DNA of 64,000 bases from Anthoceros angustus (Eukaryota; Plantae; Anthocerotophyta). Both the position numbers and the translations under genes were made by a program. The notes under the pieces were generated by a model. It did no database searches. It saw nothing but the letters and a program-made list of their open reading frames with translations, and was not told where the DNA came from. The DNA is taken from NCBI GenBank assembly GCA_010909165.1, contig VJWM01000011.1, forward strand, positions 1,240,001 through 1,304,000, in the 5' to 3' direction. Shown here piece after piece: positions 35,045-45,905 of this stretch (position 1 is the stretch's first letter; each line of letters opens with the position of its first letter).

Positions 35045-36535
35045 GCTAAGCGGAGGTCGCCGTGAGGACATGATTTAGGGTTTTTGGTGCGGCGGTTGTG
35101 GTGGGTGGTGTGGAGGAGGTCGCGGTTATTTTTATTTTTGTTGATTTTTTGAGGTTATGGCTTCTATTGTCGCTAAGCATAAAACAGTTAAATATGTAGA
35201 TAACAGAGTATTAATATTGGATACTAGATTACGTAGTATTGAGGACAAATATGAAGACAACGCGGTATTTGTATTGGAGACTAGAGTACTTAATATTGAG
35301 GCGGAGAATATTTCCTTAAGAAAAAAATTTGAGTCTCTTTTGGCTAAGCACCAATCTTTGGCATGGGACTCGGAGGACGAGGGGGGTAAGGAGGGCCAGG
35401 AGGACGAGGGGGATGAGTTCAATTCTGTAATGGATGATCTTATAGATAAGAAATTTAATAGTTAGGATGTTATCATTAGAAAATTGCAACAGGATCTTGA
35501 AACGGAAAGCTCATGGGCTAAAGATTTTGAGGTGTCTTTCCAGGTCAAATTTGATTCATTGCTTTTGTAAGTCAATGCCTTGCAAATTCCTGTTCCTTGT
35601 GTGGGTTGTTTGTCGAAGGCAGATCTGGCACCTAGTTTGGAAGGCTACAAGAAGATTATTCTCAAGCTTATTCATGCACAGAGGGAGGAAATGCACAGTT
35701 ATATGGCCAAAAAGTTGCAGGGTTTGGATGATCAGGTTGGAAGACTCTCGGAAAGGTTGGTGGAGCAAGGATTACAAAATAAAGTTTTTTCACGGACAAT
35801 AGAGGAGGAAGCCATAAATTTGGAAAATCATTTCACTTCAACGAAACAAGTTTCAGCTAAATATTTGGAGAAGCTTACTGGTAAAACCCTCTTAGGGATT
35901 AATGATCCCCCTACTCCTTCTTGTCCTGGTGGCAACATAGTATTGGAAGTTGTTTCCGAGACGGCAGACCGTGCTCGCCGTGCTTTGAAATAGAGAATTT
36001 CTGGTCTTGGTAATGATATTGTTGCAGCACTTGTGGCTGCAAAGGAGTTTCTCAATAGGCTAGAGGTCGATGTGGTCGTTCCTCGAACCTTTTGCCTTGG
36101 AAAGGATCCTGGTAGGGAGCGCATATTAATTATGAATTTTCATTTTGTGGATGATCGCCTTCAGGTTATGAAGGCTAGGTTTATGTTACAGACAACTCAG
36201 TTATATATCAATGAGGATCTTACACCATTGCAATGGAAGACTAAGAAGGAGAAGTTACCCGCTTTCAGAGCAATTCGTGTTGCAGGTCAAGTGGCTTTCT
36301 TTCGTGGGGATGAATTGGTGGTGTTTGGCCCTCGTTCAAGCAATTTCATTGACACTCTTGATTGATTGAAGATTATTTATCTTGTTTAAATTTTACCTTT
36401 ACATTAGTCCAAACAAGTTTACCGCAATCTATACAGCTATCATATTTCAGTCCCATGACGAAAATCCGTCCTTAGTGGATAAAAATTCGTCTTTAGTGGA
36501 TGAAAATCCATCCTTAGTGGACGAAAATCCGTCTC
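35045..36535 (+). mobile_element. ORF1-only non-autonomous non-LTR element of about 1.45 kb; ORF 35157-36365 of about 402 codons with three in-frame stops
   Basis: The 35157, 35580 and 36033 ORFs share one frame (stops TAG 35463, TAA 35568, TAG 35991). Coiled-coil-like N-half and LINE-ORF1-like C-terminus (LYINEDLTPLQ..FFRGDEL). An 80-bp UTR then the shared stem-loop; no endonuclease or RT. Confidence 0.7.
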
Positions 36536-36557
36536 GCCATGTGCGGTGAGAGAACAG

Positions 36558-36776
36558 AAAAAGAAGAAGAATTTTATTTAAGTCCACTAAAGACGGATTT
36601 CCGTCATGGGACTTGGTACTTAATAACTTGTACCATGGTGTGCCTAAGCTACTTGCACCAAGGGCATCCACTCCCTTTAGGGACCCCATCTAAGTACCGA
36701 TCTAAGCTCAGAATGCTTAATCAGGGCGTTCTTATAAATGTGTGTCCATTTGGCCTAAGCCATTTGGACACACAAT
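36558..36776 (-). mobile_element. SINE-like element copy, tail-to-tail with the ORF1-only element
   Basis: Matches 32026-32191 and 34403-34723. Confidence 0.8.
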
Positions 36777-37855
36777 GCCCAAATGCCCATTGGCAAACAC
36801 ATGCTATTCTTCATCAACCCTTCCCAGGTTTGCGTACTAGTCTCAAGCTCATTTCAACACCCTCCCGATGTATTCATGGATTCTCGAATTCATCCTCTGC
36901 AGTGACTCCAATTTGTCACGTTTTCCATAAACTAGCTCCTTGAGGGTCCTTTTCAAAGACGATAAAAATGCTTTGAGAGCACCATGCAATCTGGACGCAT
37001 ACATACGATCCCTACAGCATTTGCCCATGAATTTGTTGCTCAGAATATGCAATATTCATTGGTTGACAATGGACATGACACTACCTTGCGTCGAGCCCTT
37101 CAACTTCTCTTGGAGATGGAAACCAAGTCTTCACAAGGGGGTTGAAGATGCTCTAAGAAGGCGTGGACTTTTTTTATCATAATAAAAGTCCTGGAACTCC
37201 TGAACGGAACGGGTCCTTTGGTAAAGAAGCTCAGTGACCAGGAGCGAAAAGTGTGAACTCCCGAGTGAAATAAAGGCCGCGAAGAACACCCTGCGGCGCT
37301 ATAATAGGGGTTGATGCCTAAAGTTGGAGAAACACATGAAGTTGGAGCTGACATTGCATACACATGACGTTTGCAGTGACTTGTTACTTTCTTAACCAAA
37401 GCCAGATTACAAGCGGTGCAACAAGCAATTCTAGATCTGAGAGGCAGAACGAGGGCAAAACGATGCTCCCTCGTGCAATACTAGTCTCTCACATCTTCCA
37501 GATCCAGATCCAAGGGGATCTGGTTCGTCTAAACCAACTGGCCATGGCAAACCAAAACTGCACACATGCACAAGCTCGCAAGGCTTCAAACCAGCCAATT
37601 TTACATCTGACTGCTCCTAGTTTATGTACACAACGGTACGATCCGCACTAGTCTCGGTTGAGCAGACCTCCATATTCCTGATCCTCTTGGTCGGGAATGT
37701 CCGCCGACAAATCTCCCCACCCTTCAACAACCCACCAGACGATTCTTTAAGATCCAACACGATGTCGCCATTCTAATCATCTGCATTTGCTGATTGACGT
37801 ACTTGAATCACGCTTAGAGAGTGTGACACAGTTACCTCGACCAGGTACTCGGCAT

Positions 37856-38776
37856 TCATGGCCCTCCCTTCCCGTGGTCGCCACCTCCTCCATAGCCACC
37901 CTTGCCGTGGTCGCCGCCCCCTCCGTAGCCGCCCTTGCCGTGGTCGCCGCCTCCTCCATAGCCGCCCTTGCCGTGGTCGCCGCCTCCTCCGTAGCCGCCC
38001 TTGCCGTGGTCGCCGCCTCCTCCGTAGCCGCCCTTGCCGTGGTCGCCGCCTCCTCCGTAGCCGCCCTTGCCGTGGTCGCCGCCTCCTCCGTAGCCGCCCT
38101 TGCCGTGGTCGCCGCCTCCTCCGTAGCCGCCCTTGCCGTGGTCGCCGCCTCCTCCGTAGCCGCCCTTGCCGTGGTCGCCTCCTCCTCCATAGCCTCCCTT
38201 GCCGTGGTCGCCTCCTCCTCCATAGCCGCCCTTGCCGTGGTCGCCGCCTCCTCCATAGCCGCCCTTGCCGTGGTCGCCGCCTCCTCCGTAGCCGCCCTTG
38301 CCGTGGTCGCCGCCTCCTCCGTAGCCGCCCTTTCCGTGGTCGCCGCCCCCCCCATAGCCGCCCTTGCCGTGGTCGCCGCCTCCTCCATAGCCGCCCTTGC
38401 CGTGGTCGCCGCCTCCTCCATAGCCTCCCTTGCCGTGGTCGCCGCCTCCTCCATAGCCTCCCTTGCCGTGGTCGCCGCCTCCTCCATAGCCGCCCTTGCC
38501 GTGGTCGCCGCCCCCACCGTATCCTCCTTTCCCGTGGTCGCCGCCCCCACCGTATCCTCCCTTACCGTGGTCGCCACCACCACCGTAGCCTCCCTTGCCC
38601 TGGTCGCCACCCCCTCCGTAGCCTCCCTTCCGGTGGTCGCCGCCTCCTCCATAGCCTTCCGGGTCGTCAGAGAGCACTCGTGCGCCTTGGACCTGCTGGG
38701 GCCCCAGCAGTGGTAGCAGCAGCAGCAGGGCGAGCAGCAGCGCGCCCAGAGCGGGCGCCATATTGCGGGCCTTCAT
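37856..38776 (-). CDS. Secreted glycine-rich protein, 24 repeats of GYGGGGDHGKG (33-bp unit), 306 aa
   Basis: Leu-rich signal peptide ending VQG-ARVL. Repeat variation is almost entirely synonymous in this frame. TATA-like GATATAAC about 150 bp upstream. Confidence 0.9.
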   Translation of the reverse strand: MKARNMAPALGALLLALLLLLPLLGPQQVQGARVLSDDPEGYGGGGDHRKGGYGGGGDQGKGGYGGGGDHGKGGYGGGGDHGKGGYGGGGDHGKGGYGGGGDHGKGGYGGGGDHGKGGYGGGGDHGKGGYGGGGDHGKGGYGGGGDHGKGGYGGGGDHGKGGYGGGGDHGKGGYGGGGDHGKGGYGGGGDHGKGGYGGGGDHGKGGYGGGGDHGKGGYGGGGDHGKGGYGGGGDHGKGGYGGGGDHGKGGYGGGGDHGKGGYGGGGDHGKGGYGGGGDHGKGGYGGGGDHGKGGYGGGGDHGKGGP

Positions 38777-40059
38777 TGCTGGCAGCGCTGTCGACCGATC
38801 AATCTCTGTCGCGGGATGAGAATGCGCGGGCGTTGCTTACAGCTGCAGCTCGCAGGCAAATTGCAAGTGATGCACACAGCTCTGAGATCTCTGCCTTGTG
38901 ATTTGTGTGCACAAGCTCGGCCGTTATATCCCACCCGCCCGCGCCACAGCCGGACTTGGATAGACACCCACCGAGCTGACTTGCTGCTCCAGTAAACTGC
39001 AGTCCGAGATCCACCGGCTCATGTCAACCAGGTTACGGCGTCGACGTCTTAACTGCCAGTTCCCCCACCGGCCAGCGTCAGTGTGCATCGACTCCACATG
39101 GCCTTGACAACTCAGATGATGGGGGTGACCACCCAGGTCAGGTCGTTGTATTGCAAGGATGATGTGAAAACTGTGGCAATCCTCGTTCATTATCAGCCTC
39201 CTGTTGACAGGTTTCTGTAGGTGAGGCCCACTAAAACGATCACCACAGGCAGTCATGTCCTGCTGCCTTTTGCGTGACTCTATTTGCCTTTTCGAAATTA
39301 CTTAAGCCAGGAATTATCTGCCAGATGAATCCTGTTGAGATGGTGAGCATGGCGTTCCTGCCAGAGTTGAATCAACGGATCCAGAAACTAGACCTGGATC
39401 CGGACTTTCAAGCCATTCGAAAGTTTTGGCAACAAGATCGCAGAGAACCTCACTAACTGAAGTCAAGTAATCGACACGTTTCACAGACAGGAAAGCCCTG
39501 GGAAAACTTATGATTCGGCAGTAAGAACAGCAAATGTAGATCTAGACATCTAGAAAATAGAACCTTTCTCTCTAGCTCCTCCTGAGACTGCCACCCCCTA
39601 GGCCTAGCTACCAGCGCTAGCCGTGGCCATACAGCTTCTAGGAACAGGATCTATGCCCAATTAGCCTACTCATTCAGCAATCACCAGTGAGGAAAGCCAC
39701 TTCCTCCTTTGTCAGATTCGAGCAAGCTTTTCCTGCAGGTAGCTGAGGGTGCTGGATCGATGTGGGCGCCAGTTAAGGTCCTGCTTCCCGGAAACAAGCC
39801 TAATTGCAAGGACCAAATTTTCCAACCATGCAGCAGCCTTCAGGCGGAAGACCAAGTCCTCAAATGACGGCAGTCTTCAGGCGGAAGACCAAGTCCTCAA
39901 ATGACGGTCTTCCACTAGTGTTAAAAGATGCAAGACATCATCTCCAATGCCGCAAACACAGCTATCCACATCTAGGCAGCAACTGATAAGCTTTGCAACA
40001 CACCCAAAAGCTTCCTGGAAACCTCAGTATGTACTTCAGCAAGACTAGTACTGTAGAAC

Positions 40060-40434
40060 CGCTTCTACTGACGGCCATTGATTGCCGGAATCCCAGATGG
40101 CGATGCCACTGCCGTTGCATGTGACAACGTTGCCGCCTAGCTAGCTGGAGGACGAGGACGTGACCCGTCGTTGCAGCAGCTAGTTTTACTGTCCCAGTCG
40201 GACGTTGGTCACCGTCGGTCAAGGACGCCCACAGAGGCCTAGGGCTGTCACCGTCTCCGTAGAGCACCATGTTGCAATCGGCCTGCAGGACGAGCCTGTA
40301 CTCCCCCGCCTCCAAGTATTGGCCGGGAGACAGGGTTTTGGCCCTAGGCTCTGCGCCGCTGCCAGCTCAATCAAACCCGCACTCCAGTACACGCACAGCA
40401 TCATCAGCGCTACTACCATCTTGATAGCCCCCAT
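40060..40434 (-). pseudogene. Bulb-type (GNA-like) mannose-binding lectin, frameshifted
   Basis: Signal peptide MGAIKMVVALMMLCVYW; TLSPGQYLEAGEYRLVLQADCNMVLY (QxDxNxVxY), PLWAS; the second motif LVLQ..GNVV..IWDS is broken at a CTAG reiteration. Confidence 0.8.
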
Positions 40435-40929
40435 GATCCAGACCAGTACTACTAGTTGCTTATCCTCGCGATCGGAACATAACGCGTGCAGTGGGCAGAC
40501 AGCAGATTGCATCGAGATGAGAATTAGACCAGTGCAACGCTCAGGACTGAGCAATGTAGTAGTACGGGATGATACCACATCGACGCCCCTAGGCGGCCCA
40601 GTGATGGGTCCGAGAAACCTTTTGGCTTCATGCACGCCTTATCTTGCGCCATGGACGCGCTGCATTCGGGAATCCATGCTCACCAGCCCAGAGATGTAAC
40701 GCGCCGTCAAGGCAACAACCAGGCGCTTCCCTTCTTTGTTTGGTTTGCCAGAAAAAGGCTGGCCACTTGCCCTCCAGCTATGTGTGGTTTCACAATGCCC
40801 AACTGCTCATGCATCGTTTTTTGTTTTCCACATTTGTCGATTTGAGAGGAAACAGTCTGTGAAAGCGCTCATCATAAAAGTCACGTTTTATTTGCTTTTG
40901 CAATCACAACATCCTCATCAGAGGGAGTA

Positions 40930-41460
40930 GTTCTCGCAGCCTGCAGTCATGTGGGCTAGGTGAATGCAGCTCGGCAGTATTTTAAAGCAATGACAGGAAC
41001 AAATGGAATTACCCCCATTGTTGAGCACTACAACTGGATAGTTGACGTGATGGTTGGCCATGTGGCCGTGCAGGCTACTTGTACGATGCGGAACGTTTGC
41101 TGCAAAGCATGCCGGTCAGGCATGACAGTGTGGGTTAGAATGTTGGCTTACTGCGCGCAGAAAGCATGGCAATATAGAACTTGGAAGGTGCTGCTCAATC
41201 AGCTATTGCAACATTAAGCTCAACAGGCTGCCACCCATGTGCTCATGTCCAATATGCATGCCGACATGCCGATGCTGGCAGGTGCACGTGAGAGGAAGCA
41301 AACATGGTAGACCATATGGGGAAATCTGCTGGTGCTCAAAAGAAGCCTGCAAAGGCAATCATTGAAGTGGAGAAGAGTGTCTGTGAATTCGTTGTGGGAA
41401 GCCAAGACGGATGATATTTCTCCCAGGCTACGGAGTCTGAATGAAAGGCTGGAGCAGTGA
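40930..41460 (+). pseudogene. PPR pseudogene, L2-S2-E1-E2 and start of DYW:KP
   Basis: LAACSHVG, ARQYFKAMTGTNGITPIVEHYNWIVD, AATHVLMSNMHA, KKPAKAIIEVEKSVCEFVVG, DDISPRLRSLN. Confidence 0.8.
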
Positions 41461-41652
41461 AACGTGATTCATCCAGTCATTACTCCAACCCTAAACCCTA
41501 TGCCACTCGAACCGAAGCATGAACCAACTTCCGTGATGAGCACTAGCCAGGGGTTTTGGAACTGAGGTGGGCTGCAGTGCAACCGGGCTGGCTGGGAAAT
41601 GGCGGCTGCAGCGGAGTTTGGCCTGTGGCAATGCTGCTGCTGGAACCCGATG

Positions 41653-41875
41653 GCAATTAGGTTTCATGGTTTAAAGGGCGGGCAGGCGGGAACGGAAGGT
41701 TGGTTGAATATTTCACGTTTTTAGCAAGTCCGAGGAACTAGCTCAGTGAATTTGAGGTAGGAGCCAAAACTGAGGCATTGCGTTGTCGTTCTCTGTTTGT
41801 GATGCCTGACAAGTGACATTGCTGCTATCAACACTATGCGGATCGGGAACCTGTGTCCGGAAACTCTGGAGAAGG
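41653..41875. repeat. Direct repeat of 46053-46305, the upstream region of the F-box gene
   Basis: GCAATTAGGTTT..CAGGCGGGAACG..ACATTGCTGCTATCAACACTA..AAACTCTGGAGAAGG is shared. Confidence 0.8.
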
Positions 41876-41904
41876 CCGAAGCGCAGTTTGCCAGCCTCCG
41901 AGAC

Positions 41905-42400
41905 CTATGGATTGTGCTTGCCATCTTGTACACCCTCAAGCTGTAATATGTTCAGTTCCTTTGTTCGGAAAAAGGGACGACTAGATAACAAGCAAATTGA
42001 TGAGATGCTAGGTGACCTAATGCGGATCAAACGGTTTGAGTGAAGACTTTAAAGGCAAAGCTTGACTCCAGCTACCATGGTAAACTGGTTCGAAGGTAAT
42101 CCTCTGCTTGTGTGCTTCCTAACATGGTTTTCTCGAGGAGCTCGCATAGTTGTCATGCTGGGCTAAAGGCCAGCCCTCCTGACATACATTTCTCGAGGAG
42201 CATAGTATCCATGGTGGGCTATAGGCCTAGGGCAGCCCTGTGTTCATTTCTTGTTTGTTGTTTGGTGGTCTGTTCACACTTTGTTCTAAGTAAGTTCTAT
42301 GTTTGCTGCCAAAAGCAAGCAATCTGCTTGGACATAATACATCATGCGGAATATGGCGTCTTCTTTCAGGGAACCAATCTGTTGAGAGGCATCGGGGGGC
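41905..42400. repeat. Diverged inverted repeat of 46760-47380
   Basis: GACTCCAGCTACCATGGTAAACTGGTTCGAAGGTA and AAAAGCAAGCAATCTGCTTGG match the reverse complement; a third partial copy is at 43030-43140. Confidence 0.8.
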
Positions 42401-43189
42401 GTCTGTGTTGCTCAGCCTCGTTGTGCTGTAACAGTTATAGCTCAGAAGCTGGCAACATCATGTAGGTGACATCCCCGCAGGCAAGGGCTTGCAAGTAAAC
42501 TGTACAGTGAGCTCAAAGGGCTCCAGGATGTGGAATGAAGTACATAAATGGGATCGGAGAATGAGCCAGCTGACCATCTTACAGAATATAAGGAGCGGCC
42601 ATCCCCGAAGTTGAAATCCACGGAGCTCTCGATGAAGCAGTCCTTGAAGTTACCTGCTTCTATGTAATTGCCCATGCCAGTCCATTGTGCCGGATCTGAC
42701 TTTGGAAGACCCCGGGATCCCAGCTTACAGCTTCACACTTATCTGGAGTCCTGGATGGCGATTTGGGTTACATTCGGATCTCGTACTGGAAAACGGCATG
42801 GGCTCAACGTGAAGCTAATAGCCATAATCCGAAGTGCGGATGCTCGTTCTGGATTACGGCTCATCTTGGGCGGAGGAGTCATCTGCTCCAGCAGGTGATG
42901 TACCAAGTGGTCGTGGAACTCCGGATCCGCTGAAATCCTAGTCCTTCAATCAAGCGACCACGCCCCGCGGCTGTTACAAGTATGGACCATGGTCGGGAAG
43001 ATAAGTAAAAGCATTGCTCCTCTGCTCTATCAAAAGCAAGCAGTCTGCTTGGCTCATGGTACATCGTCTGGAATATGGCTTGCGTTTTCAGGGGACCAAT
43101 TTGTTGAGGAATCAAGGGGAACCAATGTCTGTTGAGAGTCATCAGAAGCTCGTTCTAGAGTTACAATGCTAGATCTTACTTTTCATGAT

Positions 43190-43650
43190 CCCACGATCCC
43201 AGCTTCATTCTTATCTGTAATCCTGGACTGCGTTTGGGGTACTGTTCGGGGCTGCTACTGGAAAATGCCACTGGCTCAACATGAAGCTAATAATAGCTAT
43301 AATCCGAGGTGCTGATGCGCGTTCCTGATGACGGCTCATCTTGGGCGAAAGAGTCATCTGCTCCAGGAGGTAATGCACACTAACTGTCCAGTCGTGGAAC
43401 TCTGGATCCGATGAAATGCTGGTCCTTCAAATAGGAGACCACGCCCTGCATTGTCGGCCTCCGTTGGCCGTTCTCCTGCAGGTTCAGTAGAATGGCAAGG
43501 TCTGCTGAGTTCCATTCCCCTAGCAACCTGCGGTCAGCCAGGTCGTTAGCACTGGCAGTTCTAGAGTCTTTCAATTACTCAAATGCCCATATGGAAAGTA
43601 GGTCGCCATCCTTGATAGGCTCGATAACCTGTGAAAAGCTCCTGAACCTC
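43190..43650 (-). pseudogene. Receptor-like kinase C-terminal remnant; tail duplicated at 42715-42965
   Basis: LSIWA..DLADRRLLGEW..LLNLQE..RRPTMQGVVSYL resembles kinase subdomains X-XI. Confidence 0.5.
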
Positions 43651-44723
43651 CACTCCGAAGCTGTAAACTACGCTCGTAGGGGATCAGGAGCCACTGCTAC
43701 ATAGGAGCTCGGAGCAAGACGCGAAAAAGAGCACACATTCGGGACGACGGTCCACCGACGGGTCTGCAATCATGCACACTGTTGAACAGACACATGAGCG
43801 GACAAGATGCAAGTGCGATGCGATGCTTAGAATTGGTCAATATTTGTCAAATGCAGCGTAGGGGAAAGGAAAAGTGGCAAGCATCCCTAACAGCTGTTGC
43901 CAATGCAGCCTGCAGCACTGTGGGTGTTTGTACAGCTCTGACATCACTGACCAGGTCCGATGGAGACAACTTGAGTCACCTGGCGGACAGTTGTTCCTGG
44001 CTTTGTGTTCTAGATCATCACCTTCCCCGTGCACAGCACAAACTCATGATCCTCAATTGCAACCAGTTTCTCTACAGATAACTTTTGCAGACCTGCGAGT
44101 CAGGTGTGGAGGAAAGTTGAACCCACGAATAGCTTGCTACAAGAATGCGAACACGCTGCTGATTGTTGAGACGATCAACTGAGTCCACTGGTGCCTGGAC
44201 TGACGAATAGTTTTCTCTGACCCCTATCATGTCTCCTGTGATGACAGACATCTCCTCAAGGACCTTGGACCTTGGTTTGGAACATGGAGAGGGAGGACCC
44301 AGTTTCTTCACAGATGTACTCTCCGTCTGGACAATGCCTGAATACTCTGCGGTTGGTAAGTCTGACACAATGAAGATGGTGGAAGAGATTGACAGAACAA
44401 GCAAAGGATCCCATTCGGCCACAAGGTACATCTAACGATGGTGGAAGGCAGTGACAGAACAAGCAGAGGATCCCATCAGGCCATGCTGCAACAAGAATGG
44501 CTTCACATCACCTTCATACGACCTGCCGGAAGGCCTTCTGAGTGTCAAAGTGCTGATGCCCCGTTGGAACCATCCAAGGCCAAGTCATGCACAAGTAAAG
44601 CTTACTTAGCTTACTGCGTGCAGGAGGAAGAAATGCAGCTGCTCTTGTCCAAAATCGCTCGTCCAGAATTTGTACATAGAAGCGCTATCCCTATCTACAT
44701 GTAATCTTCAAGTGATTGCTCCT

Positions 44724-45905
44724 TCAAATTAGCATCCAAATTCCCCCCAAGGATTCGAGGGGTTGCAAGCAGTAATAGCTCTTATTCACAAAATCCTTGT
44801 AGGGCAAGGAGGGGAGCCACCTCCAAGCTGCAGGCGCGTGTGGCAAATGGAGAGCCGCGACCTTATCCACCTTTTCATGCATGATGTATACTTCGTCCTG
44901 CCCCGCCACAGCCTGCAAGGCAGGTTTGTATCTGTAGTTGAAATCTGTGCGAGACAGGCCTTGCCCTCCGAAGTGAGTGAACATGGGAGCGGGCATAGTA
45001 TCCACCTCCGTCCAGGCCATGCGCGCGAAGTCCATTTCCCAGATCTGCAGACACGACTGGGGACCATCGCACACCACGGCCGCGCAAAGCAGGCGGTCCC
45101 GGACCTTGATGAGGTTGGAATACAAGATGTCTAAGACTGTCGGCTTGGCCACGGCCAACCAGCTCCAGCTCGCCCGCTCCAGATCGTAGGCCAACAGATT
45201 GCCGTTTGCGACAAAGCAGTAGAGCACGGTGCCTACAAACACTCCCTGCCCGGCTAAGAAGTGAGGGACGCGTTCGGACTGGAACTGTAAGGGGTCCAAC
45301 GGGGGAAAGCTCAAGGTAGCCACACGCCACCTCCCAAGGGCGGAGTCGAACACCTTCGTCGGGACGCTAGGATGCACATCGTCCACTATCACCAGCTTGA
45401 AGCATTTGGCCACGGCGTCAACGAACAGGCCCCGGACATGATAGATCCGCGCGTATGCCCGCTTGGAGTGATCCGTCGGGTCGCGGATGTACGCGAAGAC
45501 CGTCGGCTGCACCCCCGCCGGTTGCACCCCCGCCAGCACCATGCCGCCGTTCGCCCACGCTGATACCATCTCCCCAGCCGAGTTGCTCTCCCCCTCTTCT
45601 CGGACCGGTGGGCTTCGATCTAGCCATAGCGGGAGTTCGAGCTGGTACCAGCGGTCGGAGACGGGGTCGTAGGCGCAGCAGGAAAGGGCATTGCTGGACT
45701 CGGACTGGCAGACGCCTGCTACCAAGAGCATACTATCCCGCGCTCCCGCTCCAGATTCCAGCCGCTCCTGCATTAAGCCCAGCGAGCAAACGGCCGCGTT
45801 CCAGGCTTTGCACACCGCGCGCGACCGCAGCAGGCTCACGAGCGGCAGCCGAGCTTGGATCTTGGCGATGATTTCATCCGGCAGCTCGCTCCAGGGATTC
45901 TTCAT
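44724..45905 (-). CDS. F-box protein with kelch/FBA-like C-terminus, intronless, 393 aa
   Basis: WSELPDEIIAKIQARLPLVSLLRSRAVCKAWN; AYDPVSDRW, VFDSALGRW, AYDLERASW, IWEMD..WTEVDTMP. Confidence 0.93.
   Translation of the reverse strand: MKNPWSELPDEIIAKIQARLPLVSLLRSRAVCKAWNAAVCSLGLMQERLESGAGARDSMLLVAGVCQSESSNALSCCAYDPVSDRWYQLELPLWLDRSPPVREEGESNSAGEMVSAWANGGMVLAGVQPAGVQPTVFAYIRDPTDHSKRAYARIYHVRGLFVDAVAKCFKLVIVDDVHPSVPTKVFDSALGRWRVATLSFPPLDPLQFQSERVPHFLAGQGVFVGTVLYCFVANGNLLAYDLERASWSWLAVAKPTVLDILYSNLIKVRDRLLCAAVVCDGPQSCLQIWEMDFARMAWTEVDTMPAPMFTHFGGQGLSRTDFNYRYKPALQAVAGQDEVYIMHEKVDKVAALHLPHAPAAWRWLPSLPYKDFVNKSYYCLQPLESLGGIWMLI

Noticed and set aside
35463-35993. Three stops in the ORF1-like frame could all be repaired by U-to-C editing (TAG/TAA to CAG/CAA)
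   Set aside because: C-to-T decay of methylated transposon DNA explains this more simply. The same TAG pattern occurs at 1390-1815, and KP editing is known from organelles.
37777-38901. Long alternative-frame ORFs (291, 309 and 347 aa) over the GRP
   Set aside because: By-products of a GC-rich 33-bp repeat; only the Gly-rich frame has a signal peptide and synonymous variation.
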